NCBI GenBank assembly: GCA_965197645.1
Contig: OZ240219.1
Coordinates: 2,016,001-2,080,000 of the forward strand
From: Dehalococcoidia bacterium
GTDB lineage: Bacteria; Chloroflexota; Dehalococcoidia; Plut-88900
Direction: 5' to 3'
DNA: 64,000 bases
Shown: positions 41,001-51,057 of the stretch, piece after piece
How the letters are laid out: each line of letters begins with the position of its first letter
Numbering within the stretch: the stretch's first letter is position 1
Position numbers and translations under genes: made by a program
The notes under the pieces: model-generated
The model's input: only the letters and a program-made list of their open reading frames with translations
Told to the model about the DNA's origin: nothing
Database searches by the model: none

Positions 41001-44000
41001 GCCGTACAGCAGTACGGTTCGCATTAATGACGTAGCAAGTGAAGTGCTGTGGACAGCCAGAACGGTGGAGTACGACGAAGATATCCTAACGGAGGCGCAG
41101 CCATACGATGACCCAGCGTACACGCAGCTGCCGGGGAGCTTGCCGGAACAGATCGGGGAGCTGGCGAGGCGGATTACCGAAGGCCATGCGGGGACTTACG
41201 CGCAGGCGGTGGCGATACAGGACTACTTGAGGCAGAGCTATTCATATGCCTTCGCGGCGCCGGGGGCTGCCGGCCCTCCGGCAAGTCAAGACCCTGTGGA
41301 CTGGTTCCTGTTCGACAGCCGACAAGGGACGTGTGGCCAGTTTAGCAGCGCGTTCGTCGTGCTGGCGAGGTCGGTAGGTATACCGGCGAGAGTTGTATCG
41401 GGCTGGACGATTGGCCGGACCGATGCCACGCAGACCGTCTATGCCCACCAGGCGCATCAGTGGGCGGAGGTGGCACTGGATGAGATCGGATGGGTGCCGT
41501 TGGAGCCTACGGCACAGGGAGCTCCATCTCGTACGCCGGACTTCGACTCCGGTGAAGCGGGAAGCGAGCTGAGCGATGAGAGTGACGGGTCCACGGATGC
41601 AGACGATACGACGACAATCCCACCGGAGGACTCCCAGGCGATCAGTGACAGAGTCGCTGAGAACCTGGATATCCTCGGTGAAGACAGTGGTACGGGACTG
41701 CATGATCTGAACCAACTCCTTGGGGACACGAGGCCGGGATATGGAGAGGCGGCCCGAGAGCTTCTGGAGCAGCAGGGGGCCTCTGTTACCGAGTTGGAGA
41801 ACGGGACCTCGCTGGTGGTATTCGAAGACCAGGGTTACTGGGTCCCCGGCACCACAACTTCGCAAGCTCCGGGACTGGCCCACAACCCGATCTTTCAGGT
41901 CCGCGGCGCGGCCCATACAGGCTACCTGCGGACCGCGGTGGGCGACCTCTACGAGAACGGCAAGTGGCGTCAGCTCCACCAGGCCGGATTCTGGGTCTTG
42001 CCAGGTCAGAACGTGCCGCATGCGGTACGGAAGGAGATGGCAAAAGAAAATGGCGCGTTCTCCGGCATTCCGCCTGACCGGCTTGCTGTCTCATTGTTGG
42101 CCGGCTTCCAGACGACACCCGTAGAAATACACACAGACGTGATCCGTATGAACCCCATCGGCGAGCAGCAGTACTTCCCCGATGGGACGTTACCGACTTC
42201 CCTGCACGTGCAAAGCATCGATACCTTGTCATGGTTTTGGGCCCACAACTTGACCCTCGGTTCTGCGGATCCGGTGTCGGGATACATTTGGACTTCGAAA
42301 GTCCCCTACTACTCAGAAACACAGCTAATTGCGGCAAGGGCCTCGTCAGACCCGACGTACACCCAGCTGCCTCTGAGCGTTCCGGACAGGGTCCGTCAAA
42401 AAGCGCTGGAAGTAACTCGAGGCTTCAACGGTCCCTATGGAAAGGCCAAGGCGCTGGAGCGATTTCTCAGCACAACTTACGCTTACGCGTTCGCAGATTC
42501 GCCCGGAGATGCGCCCCCCGCAGGCCGGGATCCCGTGGACTGGTTCCTGTTCGATCATCAGGAAGGGACGTGCGGAGTGTTTAGCAGCGCGTTCGTGGTG
42601 ATGGCGCGATCGATAGGCATTCCGGCCCGTGTGGTGTCAGGGTGGATGATATCCGATTATCCTGGCACGCAAACGGTGTTCACCGACCAGGCCCACCAGT
42701 GGGCGGAGATAGCGTTGGACGGAATTGGATGGCTAACCATCGAACCGACGGCGGCAGGAGGAGCGCCTAGCCGGGTAAGCCGTGCCGGTGGGGCTTCCAC
42801 AGGTTCTTCGAGCGTGCAGATAAAGCGCGGGACCGTAACAGAGATAGATCAATGGCCTACGGAGACGCGAAAGGGAATACCGTTCACCATAGGTGGTTCG
42901 GTGCTTACACTATCGGGCAATCCGGTGAATGGGATCGAGGTAGAGGTATTCGTCAACGAGGAGAAGGAAAATGGGGGGTGGAGGCTCGGCACGACTACGA
43001 CGGAAGCCGGCCGCTTTGAGATTGAGGTCACAGTGCCGACCAGCTTCGAGCCGGGAAGCTACCAGTTGATAGCCCACGCAATTGACAACGAAGCCTTTGA
43101 AGGTTCGTGGAGCGACCCGGAGGTAGGGGTCTACTCCGGGACCGAGTTGATATTCAGCGGCCCCACAGAGATTTCGGTGGACGTCAAGGGGATCTTCCAC
43201 GGGACGCTTACGGAGGAAACTGGCGGGTCCTTGGGAGGCCGCATGATTCAAGTGAGGGTTGAAGGTGAATCTCCATTCCAGGTGACCACCGACAACGGTG
43301 GAGAATTCGGCTTCACAAGGACATTCGAGCAGTCGGGAGAAAGAACAGTGGAAGTATCGTTCGATCAAGAAGGGTACTTCCTGAGCAACGAGGCACGGCT
43401 GGACATCAGGGTCACGATGCCAACGGTCTTGAGCATTGACGCAGTGGACCGGATACGGGTGGGGGAGGAGTACAAAATTCGGGGTAGATTGCGGGATGTG
43501 CGTGGCGAGGGACCATCTTCGAAGCAGATCAAAGTAACCCTACCGAGTGGGGAGGTGGTCTCGGCCGAAACCGACGTTTTAGGAGCCTTCACGGTGACAG
43601 GTATAGCGGACCAACCGGGAATGTATGGCCTGGAGGCTTCGTTCGGAGGCGACGGAGTCCTGGAGCCCAGCAAGACGGGATATACCCTTCTGATCATCAA
43701 TCCCGTCGTCCTGGAGCTGAGTGGATACGACAACGTCCGGATCGGTGAGGAATACGTGGTTAGAGGGACGCTGAAGGACAGTCGAGGTACACCACTGGCC
43801 CAGTCGGAGGTCCTCCTCACTATGCCGGAAGGGGTGACCTCGGTTCTGACGGATGAGCAGGGCGCGTTCGAAGTTTCGGATACGACAGACCAACCGGGCA
43901 GATATGATATCGAGGCGTCTTTTGCCGGAAACAATCTTCTGGAGCCGGGCAGCGCCGCGCATATCTTGAGCGTGGTCGAACCGGTCAACCTGGACCTATC

Positions 44001-45855
44001 GGGGGAACCGGTGGTGCGGGTTGGCGCTCCGTACCGGATGGAGGGAACGCTTTCCAGTGTCCGGGGTCAGGTGCTGGAGGGGCACACTCTGATCGTCAGT
44101 ACGGGTCCGGATGAGACGGTGGAAGTGGTCACCGGACCACTCGGATCATTTGCTTGGGAGACGACGTTCGAGGAGGAGACAGAAACGGCGTTCAAAGTCA
44201 GGTTTGCGGGCACGGACGAGTTGGAGCCAGCCCAGGCCGCGCTCTCGGTGAAGGTTGGAAGAGTACAGATCGTGGTGGAAGACCCGGAGCCCGTGGCCCG
44301 GGGCAGCACCCTGACCCTGAGGGGGGTTATGGAGCTGAGCGGTCAAACCGTTCCCGACGCCATCGTCTCGGTGAACGGGGAGCAGTCGGCGGCCACCAAT
44401 GCAGTAGGGGTGTTTGTGGTGCGGGTACCCGTGGATACCGATGCCGAGCTGGGCGAAATGGAGTTCACGGTGTTGGCGGTAGACCTGGAAGCGGAGACGA
44501 TGGTCTCGGTGCAGGTCATGTCGACGACTAGCTTCCTGGTTACACCGCAGGATGACGTGAAACCCGGTCGGCCCGTTCTCGTCGAAGCGAGGCTGCTGGA
44601 CGATTTCGGCATGGGCGTCCCGGGCGTCGCTGTCAAGTACGGCGAGACCGGTCGGTCGGTAACGGATGAATTCGGTGCAGCGTTACTGACGGTCGATGTA
44701 CCCGACGAGGACGACCTCTCTATCGTGCCCCTCAGGGTGAGCTATGAAGGAGATGAAGCCAATTTCCCGGTATCCTATCTGGCGACTCTGCAGATCCAAA
44801 AAGGCGGTTCGGGTTGGCTGATCTGGGCGCTCCTGCCAGTTCTGCTTATCCTCGGTCTTGGAGGCGGCTATCTGGGCGGTCGCAGGTTTGGGAGACGGAC
44901 CGTACTGGCATCCGTCAGGGCCTCAGCTCCCCCAACAACCATTTCAGCACCTCAGGCCCCAGTTGAGCAAGCGTTGGAAGAGGCATTTCTGGAGATGGGA
45001 TTTGTAGACCAGTCACCCGAGGCCCGAGATGCGTGGCAGGTGGGGGAGCGGGTGCAAATTCGGTGTGTGCTGAGCGACGGTGTGGGAAGGAGGATAGCGG
45101 AGGCTGAAATACGGGTGGAATGGGGAGATGGCGACTCGGTGGTGGAGCTGGTAACGGATCGAAAGGGTGAGTGCTCAGCGTCGTGGACGGGGAATGAACC
45201 GGGCCTGTACCAGGTGAAAGGGGAGTTCGCAGGCACGGGCCGATACTTGTCGGCTGAAGCATCGCTGAGTTTCGAGATCAGGCTGTTGATGCCGACGCGT
45301 CTTGAAGTCATTTTCGCCAAGCCAGCAGACGACCTGCCGCCGGTATGGGGCGTCGGCGAAGAAGTACGGGTCGCCTTTGCACTAACGGACGATGCGGGAC
45401 GTGGGCTGGAGGGACGCCCAATTCGGGTAGCAATTGGGGACGCGGGGGAAACGAGGGAGTTGACCTCCGGCAATGACGGTCGCTGCGAGTTGGTCATGAC
45501 CGGGGAGACACCGGGTGAGTACAGGGTGGAAGCGGAGTTCCAAGGGGACGAAGGACATCTGCCCTCAGACGCCCGAGACCGGTTCGAGGTTGTTGAGTTC
45601 AGGGACGATGTGGTGCGAAGGTACAATGCGTTCTTGGCAGGGGTTCGGGAGAAGGTATCCGGGATCTCCCCGAAAGCAACTCCTCGGGAGGTGGAGTCCA
45701 TAGTCGTCGCGCGTGGCCTACCGCTGGACCAGAGGGCATTGGAGGAGCTTATTGCCCGGTTCGAAGAGGCGGACTACAGCGAGCACGAGATAGCCAGGCA
45801 GCAGTTCGAGGCGGCATACCGGGCCTGGCGACGGCTGGAGAAGGAACAGGAATAG
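38074..45855 (+). CDS. Giant membrane protein: 5 N-terminal TMs, HEAT repeats, three transglutaminase-like domains, Ig-like stalk, TM, DUF4129-like tail; 2593 aa
   Basis: Three copies of GTCGxFSSAFVVxARSxGIPARVVSGW...QAHQWAEx..GW..EPT; HEAT motifs LxxALxDxxxEVRxxAAxAL; C-terminal TPRE..LIARFEEADYS. Confidence 0.92.
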   Translation: MKSMFRRVRSHFALLLVLAVVLGGLLFLFELFGGLTSDGPKDLLTTNDSADSTAEMPSGARLIALLTPGMFVLLGIGALALLRRRLKHGHGRRWAPVLLGAMAVGLLGSGVYLSVGTVLGGVDDGGHSVATEYVTPLGLTLLAAFIVTVGVVAVTKPRLLPIPLIAWLVPALIFGMLGSNAIAGMNLFNHHSKVETTQGYENAVNVYWQAGVGPPAEEGQPGNVSDTGSLTGAEYHVNALLHGTPEERAEAVSELVRTPDPAVVPPLVQALGDSDEEVTTAAREVLQEALESDDPEVKQAAESALVEALGDGDLIVRAAAERIMEEGDNFIALLESGGALVYLSDRVYWAPGTTTDTASEPATIAVFEVTGASATGYLRVDVGDEYTGQGWVRLDPVELSYPARTPTQRLVYSNVIEDEALEILPRQDAATALLAWPESSAEETLKQRITISAPEQEQKVPAGSVPTSIGADFFDADGRYRPFSGTFSTDQEVEQYGWTSTVHRFSEDQLRGAQTFSDSAALALPEIVTERVRLLAEEITGEHASPYEKARALVWYLRETYEYEFVSEDDEALPENGDAVDRFLFETMKGTCGDFSSAFVVLARSVGIPARVVSGWVIEENAERQTVYTDQAHQWAEVAFEELGWRRFEPTHINGPPFRAQVTEVWEDELHRLEEKLFSRPDPGERIDAVDDLVEYSTKAPSELRDVSSLLIGALGGDEAVEVRARSAEALGDKAYWNARHALITALYEDGAEEVRAASAEALVKLRGEDSVRALIRALQTDESPKVRTISIAGLTELKDLRAIGPILGALSDPIEEVREAAKAALKELGATVTELEGGGRTALVEGQAIAFNPSTTTAQAQEPPQKALFEVTATGAISYLRTGVGDIYEDGRWTQTDPVEASFEANELLVAVERLASGRTDRRPPPSSSLAPHLASESTLITVRISPLNSGEVISAGVIPAPEGMRIVSEPGVYMPYSSTVRINDVASEVLWTARTVEYDEDILTEAQPYDDPAYTQLPGSLPEQIGELARRITEGHAGTYAQAVAIQDYLRQSYSYAFAAPGAAGPPASQDPVDWFLFDSRQGTCGQFSSAFVVLARSVGIPARVVSGWTIGRTDATQTVYAHQAHQWAEVALDEIGWVPLEPTAQGAPSRTPDFDSGEAGSELSDESDGSTDADDTTTIPPEDSQAISDRVAENLDILGEDSGTGLHDLNQLLGDTRPGYGEAARELLEQQGASVTELENGTSLVVFEDQGYWVPGTTTSQAPGLAHNPIFQVRGAAHTGYLRTAVGDLYENGKWRQLHQAGFWVLPGQNVPHAVRKEMAKENGAFSGIPPDRLAVSLLAGFQTTPVEIHTDVIRMNPIGEQQYFPDGTLPTSLHVQSIDTLSWFWAHNLTLGSADPVSGYIWTSKVPYYSETQLIAARASSDPTYTQLPLSVPDRVRQKALEVTRGFNGPYGKAKALERFLSTTYAYAFADSPGDAPPAGRDPVDWFLFDHQEGTCGVFSSAFVVMARSIGIPARVVSGWMISDYPGTQTVFTDQAHQWAEIALDGIGWLTIEPTAAGGAPSRVSRAGGASTGSSSVQIKRGTVTEIDQWPTETRKGIPFTIGGSVLTLSGNPVNGIEVEVFVNEEKENGGWRLGTTTTEAGRFEIEVTVPTSFEPGSYQLIAHAIDNEAFEGSWSDPEVGVYSGTELIFSGPTEISVDVKGIFHGTLTEETGGSLGGRMIQVRVEGESPFQVTTDNGGEFGFTRTFEQSGERTVEVSFDQEGYFLSNEARLDIRVTMPTVLSIDAVDRIRVGEEYKIRGRLRDVRGEGPSSKQIKVTLPSGEVVSAETDVLGAFTVTGIADQPGMYGLEASFGGDGVLEPSKTGYTLLIINPVVLELSGYDNVRIGEEYVVRGTLKDSRGTPLAQSEVLLTMPEGVTSVLTDEQGAFEVSDTTDQPGRYDIEASFAGNNLLEPGSAAHILSVVEPVNLDLSGEPVVRVGAPYRMEGTLSSVRGQVLEGHTLIVSTGPDETVEVVTGPLGSFAWETTFEEETETAFKVRFAGTDELEPAQAALSVKVGRVQIVVEDPEPVARGSTLTLRGVMELSGQTVPDAIVSVNGEQSAATNAVGVFVVRVPVDTDAELGEMEFTVLAVDLEAETMVSVQVMSTTSFLVTPQDDVKPGRPVLVEARLLDDFGMGVPGVAVKYGETGRSVTDEFGAALLTVDVPDEDDLSIVPLRVSYEGDEANFPVSYLATLQIQKGGSGWLIWALLPVLLILGLGGGYLGGRRFGRRTVLASVRASAPPTTISAPQAPVEQALEEAFLEMGFVDQSPEARDAWQVGERVQIRCVLSDGVGRRIAEAEIRVEWGDGDSVVELVTDRKGECSASWTGNEPGLYQVKGEFAGTGRYLSAEASLSFEIRLLMPTRLEVIFAKPADDLPPVWGVGEEVRVAFALTDDAGRGLEGRPIRVAIGDAGETRELTSGNDGRCELVMTGETPGEYRVEAEFQGDEGHLPSDARDRFEVVEFRDDVVRRYNAFLAGVREKVSGISPKATPREVESIVVARGLPLDQRALEELIARFEEADYSEHEIARQQFEAAYRAWRRLEKEQE

Positions 45856-45861
45856 GCGGGG

Positions 45862-48003
45862 ATGAAGACAATTGAACGGTTGAGGGTCTCAGCGGCACAC
45901 ACGATCGCAATTGTCATTGCGGCGTGGGCGTTGTGGACGTTGCAACTGCTGGTACCGCCGGAAACGGAACTCCAATTCAGGACCCTTCTGGGACCTGTGC
46001 TGGCCGCGGCTCTGGTCTCTTTACTTGTAAGCCTCCTGCTCTGGACTCAGGGACGAGAAGGCTGGCGGCGAGTTCTAAAACTTCCGGACCAGTTCAACAC
46101 CAAGCTCTGCTTTGCTCTGTGGGTTCTTGTGCGTCTGCTGAGGGTCGGGGCCTGGTTGGCTATAGTACTGAGTGTAGGCCTGTCCTTTGCCAGTACACGG
46201 GCCGAACCGGGCACTTACTACTATCTGATAGGTGGATTGGCAGGAATACTTGCATTTGTGGCGCTGGTTCGGGTGTCGAGCATACGGTTCCCGGCCGCGA
46301 GTCTGATCTTTCCTGTGCCTTGGGTGCGCCTTGGAGCGTTCATCACGATATACCTCTTGTTGCATATCGACCGGTTGACCGAGCACGGTTTTCCCAATAG
46401 CCAGCTGATACTTGCTCTGTGGACTGCATTGTCGGCCAGCTACGCCGGCGACACCCTGGGAAAGACGGCGGCGATCGTGGGAGAGATGGAAGAGCCTAAA
46501 TGGTGGCTGCCACCACCAGCGTTGCTCCGAAGGGCTTCCGCCCTCTTGGTAGGGACGAGCGCGGGGCTGATTGTGTGGGGGGCTCTTAGCTCCCTCCCCA
46601 ACGTGAGTGCCCTATTGCTGAACGAATGGCCTCGACTTCTGATCGGATACGCTACTCAACCTTACTTCAGCCAGTTCTACGAGGCGAGGCACTTGAGCGC
46701 AGCATTCGTTGCCGGGCTGTACTTCGTGATCAAGTTGCCTCCAGGGGAGGCCGTAGCTGACAGAGTAGACTACAGGCCGCTGGCCAAAGCGGTTGGATAC
46801 AGTGTGGTTGGGGCGGCGGCCTGGCTGATAGGGGACGAGTTGGCTGACCTGGGGCACGGGTTTCCGTTAGCGGCAGCGGCGATTGCCTGCGGATTCTTCG
46901 CAGCAGGACTGTCTCACATGGCCCGATACCACATCTCCAGTTCCATATGGGTACTCAGTGCAACGGCTCGGCTCCTGTCGAAATCGGTCTACAGGACCGC
47001 CATGTTGGGAGTCTTCCTGGCCATGTACGGTCTTCTCGTCCGGCCCTTGGTATACGACGTGATGTGGTTTGCGCCGATCTATGAGTGGGTTGCGGTGGTG
47101 CTGTTCGCCGTGGTCGCGATAAACCGTATGAGAGGCCATACGAGGACCCAGGTGCTCCCGGAGGGAGGGCCACCGGCAGACTGGCCGCGCTGGTCCAGGC
47201 ATGTTCAAACTGTGGAGCAGCGGCCGGACACGCGCTTCGAAGGTCTGTTGGACCTTCAGAAACGTTACGTGGACACGGGAAGATGGGGTTATCTTTGGAG
47301 GTACATGCTGGGACTGCTCCTTCGAAACCGGGCGCCGCTGGACGCTATTCCAGGGGTCTTCGAGCCGATGAGGCGCGGTTTCGAGGACTCGCTCAAATGG
47401 GACCCCTTGCCTCGAAGAGGAGTGAGGGCCAAACGGCGGCGGGATTCGGCTCTCACCGAAACGATGAGTCGGATGGACGCTGCCCTTGCCAAGGGCCCCG
47501 AGCCTCTTCCGGAAATCAGTGAGGAGCGGGTGAGGTCGGTGGGACAATCCTTTGTGGAGGATGGGGCACGACCCGAGCTCTTGGCCGTCACAATGGCGTC
47601 AGCCTATTGGCAAAAAGGCGCGCCCCTGGACCTGGCGGTGAGTTTCTGGTTTCCCCTGCTCACAATGACCAAAGGAGTCAGACTGGGACTGTTCTCCCTG
47701 GTCAGGTCCGGCGAAAGATCTGGGCTTGAACAAAAGAAGCGGCGGCTGCGAGTATTGGATGCGGCGATCTCTCACTTGTTCAGGGGAGGAACGGCCAATG
47801 AGCTGCCCCTGGGGGTTTTAGCGGACCCCGCGCCCGTCTCCGACCGAGCCGGGGGCTATGTCACTTCGGATATTCCGGAAGGTCAGGCTATAGAGGTGCT
47901 TTCGGAGGATGGTGGGTGGTGGAGAGTGAGGACAGGCGATGACCAGAAGAGCTTTATGACTCCGGCGGACGCCGTGCGGCGGCGGATACTGCCGGGAGAC
48001 TGA
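45862..48003 (+). CDS. Polytopic membrane protein with a C-terminal SH3-like segment
   Basis: More than 10 hydrophobic helices; C-terminal IPEGQAIEVLSEDGGWWRVRTGD. Confidence 0.75.
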   Translation: MKTIERLRVSAAHTIAIVIAAWALWTLQLLVPPETELQFRTLLGPVLAAALVSLLVSLLLWTQGREGWRRVLKLPDQFNTKLCFALWVLVRLLRVGAWLAIVLSVGLSFASTRAEPGTYYYLIGGLAGILAFVALVRVSSIRFPAASLIFPVPWVRLGAFITIYLLLHIDRLTEHGFPNSQLILALWTALSASYAGDTLGKTAAIVGEMEEPKWWLPPPALLRRASALLVGTSAGLIVWGALSSLPNVSALLLNEWPRLLIGYATQPYFSQFYEARHLSAAFVAGLYFVIKLPPGEAVADRVDYRPLAKAVGYSVVGAAAWLIGDELADLGHGFPLAAAAIACGFFAAGLSHMARYHISSSIWVLSATARLLSKSVYRTAMLGVFLAMYGLLVRPLVYDVMWFAPIYEWVAVVLFAVVAINRMRGHTRTQVLPEGGPPADWPRWSRHVQTVEQRPDTRFEGLLDLQKRYVDTGRWGYLWRYMLGLLLRNRAPLDAIPGVFEPMRRGFEDSLKWDPLPRRGVRAKRRRDSALTETMSRMDAALAKGPEPLPEISEERVRSVGQSFVEDGARPELLAVTMASAYWQKGAPLDLAVSFWFPLLTMTKGVRLGLFSLVRSGERSGLEQKKRRLRVLDAAISHLFRGGTANELPLGVLADPAPVSDRAGGYVTSDIPEGQAIEVLSEDGGWWRVRTGDDQKSFMTPADAVRRRILPGD

Positions 48004-48018
48004 CGCCGGGGAGGCGGA

Positions 48019-49020
48019 ATGGACAAGAGCCAGAGTCAATTGGCGGTTGAACAGGCAGGACCTCTTTGTGAAAGTATCATAGACCGGGTCTCGGAAGTTT
48101 TCGTCGGGAGCCGCCTCGTGCTGCGGAAACTGCTGGCGGCGGCCCTGGCCAACGGCCACGTCCTGTTCGAGGACTACCCGGGGCTGGGGAAGACACTGCT
48201 GGCTAAAGTATTCACCAAGGCCATCGGAAGTGAGACGCAAAGGGTGCAATTCACACCGGACATGCTGCCCGCCGACATCCTGGGGGCGAAGGTATGGCGG
48301 CAGAACAGTGGCGTGTTTGAACTGATCAGAGGACCCGTATTCACCAACGTGCTGCTGGCCGATGAGATCAACCGCGCTCCCCCGAAGACCCAGGCTGCGT
48401 TGCTGGAGGCGATGGAAGAACGACAGGTCACCATCGATCGGGATACCCTGTCCCTGCAACCGCCCTTCCTGGTAATCGCCACCCAAAACCCCATAGAGCA
48501 GGAGGGAACTTATCCGTTGCCCGAGGCCCAACTGGACAGGTTCCTGTTCCGGCTCGGGACCGGATACCCGACGAACCAGGAGCAAGAGAGCAGGATTCTG
48601 CATCGGCGCATCCAGTGGCGGAAGGATGATCCGACCGAAGATCTGGACCCTGTGCTCGACGCCGAGAGTTTCGTCAGATTGCAGCGAATCGTCGAGACAA
48701 ACGTGTACATAGACCAGGTGATGATCGACTACATTACCCAAGTAGTGCGCCTGACGCGGGAGCATCCCCACGTAACCCTCGGAGTAAGTCCTCGGGGAAG
48801 CCTGGCGCTTCTGAAATTGTCGAGGAGCATGGCGCTTATCAACGGCCGTGACTTCGTGATCCCGGACGACGTGAAGGCGATAGCCGGGGATGCGCTCGGG
48901 CACCGGATCATCCTGAACATCGAGGCTACCCTGCAGGGAATGAGGCCGGAGTCGGTGGTCGAAGACGTGGTGGAACAGGTGCCGGTCCCGACCGAGCTGG
49001 GCCGTAGAGACGCCGGCTAA
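48019..49020 (+). CDS. moxR: MoxR-family AAA+ ATPase
   Basis: EDYPGLGKT, RVQFTPDMLPADI, LLADEINRAPPKTQAALLEAM, ATQNPIEQEGTYPLPEAQLDRF. Confidence 0.96.
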   Translation: MDKSQSQLAVEQAGPLCESIIDRVSEVFVGSRLVLRKLLAAALANGHVLFEDYPGLGKTLLAKVFTKAIGSETQRVQFTPDMLPADILGAKVWRQNSGVFELIRGPVFTNVLLADEINRAPPKTQAALLEAMEERQVTIDRDTLSLQPPFLVIATQNPIEQEGTYPLPEAQLDRFLFRLGTGYPTNQEQESRILHRRIQWRKDDPTEDLDPVLDAESFVRLQRIVETNVYIDQVMIDYITQVVRLTREHPHVTLGVSPRGSLALLKLSRSMALINGRDFVIPDDVKAIAGDALGHRIILNIEATLQGMRPESVVEDVVEQVPVPTELGRRDAG

Positions 49021-50354
49021 TGCTCTCCGCTCTTCCCGCCAACTGGTTGGCGCTGTCGTTCCTACTCCTGTCCATTGCCTTGGTATTCGGAAACCCGATT
49101 CTGCTGGCGGGTGCGGTATTCGGGTTGCTGTTTGTTCTGTTGGCGACACTGCTGACACCCCCGAGTGGCATTGAAGTGGAACGGGAGATGACACGAGTGG
49201 TGTGTTGGGCGGGGGACAAACTGGAAGTCAGGCGAAGGGTGAGGGTCAGGTCGGGGGTTGGGATGCTCTATGTGCACGATGAGCTTCCCGCGGAAATGGA
49301 GGTGGTGGAGGGGAACAATCTACGGGCAGTATGGAAGTGGCCCGGGGCCAAGAGTTTCGACCTTCCCTATGAGTTCTTGTGCCCCAAGAGAGGCCTCTAC
49401 ACCCTGGGGGAGACGGCATGGAACGCGGAGGGGCCCATAGGACTTCAGCGTCGAAACCAGGGGACGGCCGGTGAACCGCAGGAGTTCTCGGTGATGCCGC
49501 GATTTCAGGCGGTGCATCGCGTAAAGGAAATTCGTGCCAGGGCGCATACACGCTACTTCCGAACGGACGTGACTCCGCTGGGCCCGTCAACGACGGATTT
49601 CAAAGAGCTTCGACCATATTCTCCCGGAGACCCGATGAGCATCGTCAATTGGAAGGCAAGTGCACGAAACTCCTATGGCGCCAGCCCACTGCTGGTCAAC
49701 CAGTACGAGTCGGAGGGCAGGAAGGCGATCTGGATCTTCGTGGACGGGGCCGAGTACATGGATGTCGGGACGTCCCTGTCGTCGTTGGTAGACCATGCCG
49801 TAGAAGCTGCGGGCAGCATAGCACAATACTACCTGTCCCGGGGGTATACGCTAGGGGCATACATATACAACACCCCGAACGATGTCCTCACTCCGGACCT
49901 GGGCCAAAAACAGTTCAAGCGCCTGACCGATATGCTCACAACGCTCCAGCCAGGGCGAGCTACCCAGGACCTGCCGGAGGCGGTGGAGAGGTGTAAGAGC
50001 TTCCTTTACCGCCTTCAGCCCGAGGTGTATGCCATCACCCGGCTGGATGCACACTACCCGCGCAGCGGGGTTGGAGCCCCATCCATAGATAGCTTCATTG
50101 CCGGGATACAACGTCTGGTGGCGCTGAGATCCAGGTCCCGAAGCCTGAACCCCGTCAGGGTGGTCCACTTGGAGTCGGCGGGAGTCAGGCAGGGGGAAGC
50201 CGCCATGGCATCGCGAACGCAAGACCTGATCCGGTGGGAAGCCCGCACAATACTCAAGCCTATCCGGGACGTTGGGGCTTCGGTCGTGGCGTGGAACCCA
50301 ATGGAACAGGACTTCACCACTACGCTTATGAAACACATCTACTTCGGGACGTGA
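49020..50354 (+). CDS. DUF58 domain protein
   Basis: DFKELRPYSPGDPMSIVNWKASAR; translationally coupled to moxR. Confidence 0.9.
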   Translation: MLSALPANWLALSFLLLSIALVFGNPILLAGAVFGLLFVLLATLLTPPSGIEVEREMTRVVCWAGDKLEVRRRVRVRSGVGMLYVHDELPAEMEVVEGNNLRAVWKWPGAKSFDLPYEFLCPKRGLYTLGETAWNAEGPIGLQRRNQGTAGEPQEFSVMPRFQAVHRVKEIRARAHTRYFRTDVTPLGPSTTDFKELRPYSPGDPMSIVNWKASARNSYGASPLLVNQYESEGRKAIWIFVDGAEYMDVGTSLSSLVDHAVEAAGSIAQYYLSRGYTLGAYIYNTPNDVLTPDLGQKQFKRLTDMLTTLQPGRATQDLPEAVERCKSFLYRLQPEVYAITRLDAHYPRSGVGAPSIDSFIAGIQRLVALRSRSRSLNPVRVVHLESAGVRQGEAAMASRTQDLIRWEARTILKPIRDVGASVVAWNPMEQDFTTTLMKHIYFGT

Positions 50355-50358
50355 TCGG

Positions 50359-51057
50359 ATGGTGCAATTACGGGTTGTAGAGACGGGGCTTCTGGTCTAC
50401 CTGTTCGGGATGGCCGCATGGGTAATATGGCAGACCGGGGGCGCGGCGGTGGACATCGATAAGGGATGGGAGTGGATTTCGGATGTACAGGAATGGGAAG
50501 ACTGGGGATCAACGGTGTTCGCCCTGATCCTGGCCGCTATCGTTCTGGTGCCGATAGGGTTGTACTGGGGGCTCCAGGCTCGAGGTAAGCATCGGGTGTC
50601 GTTCTGGATGGTAAGCACGCTTGCTCTCGCGCCGCAAATGCCTGCTGCGCTCTCATTCAATCGAGTTGACTGGCTGTCCTTCTGGAAATACCCGATGTTC
50701 ACGACGACCATTCCCCAGTCAGTGGTGGCGTTGCTGTTGTTGGTGTCGCTGTTGATTCTCTTAGTATTGCACAGGGCTGGAGATCTGAGACGGCTGAGGG
50801 AAAAGCTGTCGGAGCTGGGATTGGAACGAAAAGAGCGTGGCCTCGTAGTGAGGAACGAGGCCCTGATACTGGGGGCAATTGCCGCAGCTAACCTGGGGAT
50901 AACGGGTGCTCTGTTGACGGCAGGGATGGCCTTGTCGGAGCTGGGAGGTCCCTTGGAACAGTCTCCGTGGCCGGTTGTCAGTATCGGGGCGGTGGCAATA
51001 CTGCTGCTTGCGGTAATCATGGCGCTATGGGTGAGACGGGCTGGCCCTTCCCACTAG
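50359..51057 (+). CDS. Membrane protein, last gene of the MoxR operon
   Basis: About 6 hydrophobic helices; starts 4 bp after the DUF58 stop. Confidence 0.75.
   Translation: MVQLRVVETGLLVYLFGMAAWVIWQTGGAAVDIDKGWEWISDVQEWEDWGSTVFALILAAIVLVPIGLYWGLQARGKHRVSFWMVSTLALAPQMPAALSFNRVDWLSFWKYPMFTTTIPQSVVALLLLVSLLILLVLHRAGDLRRLREKLSELGLERKERGLVVRNEALILGAIAAANLGITGALLTAGMALSELGGPLEQSPWPVVSIGAVAILLLAVIMALWVRRAGPSH

Noticed and set aside
47818-49194. 458-aa minus-strand ORF, and 62515-63567 (+)
   Set aside because: Antisense to moxR and to the CoA-transferase genes.
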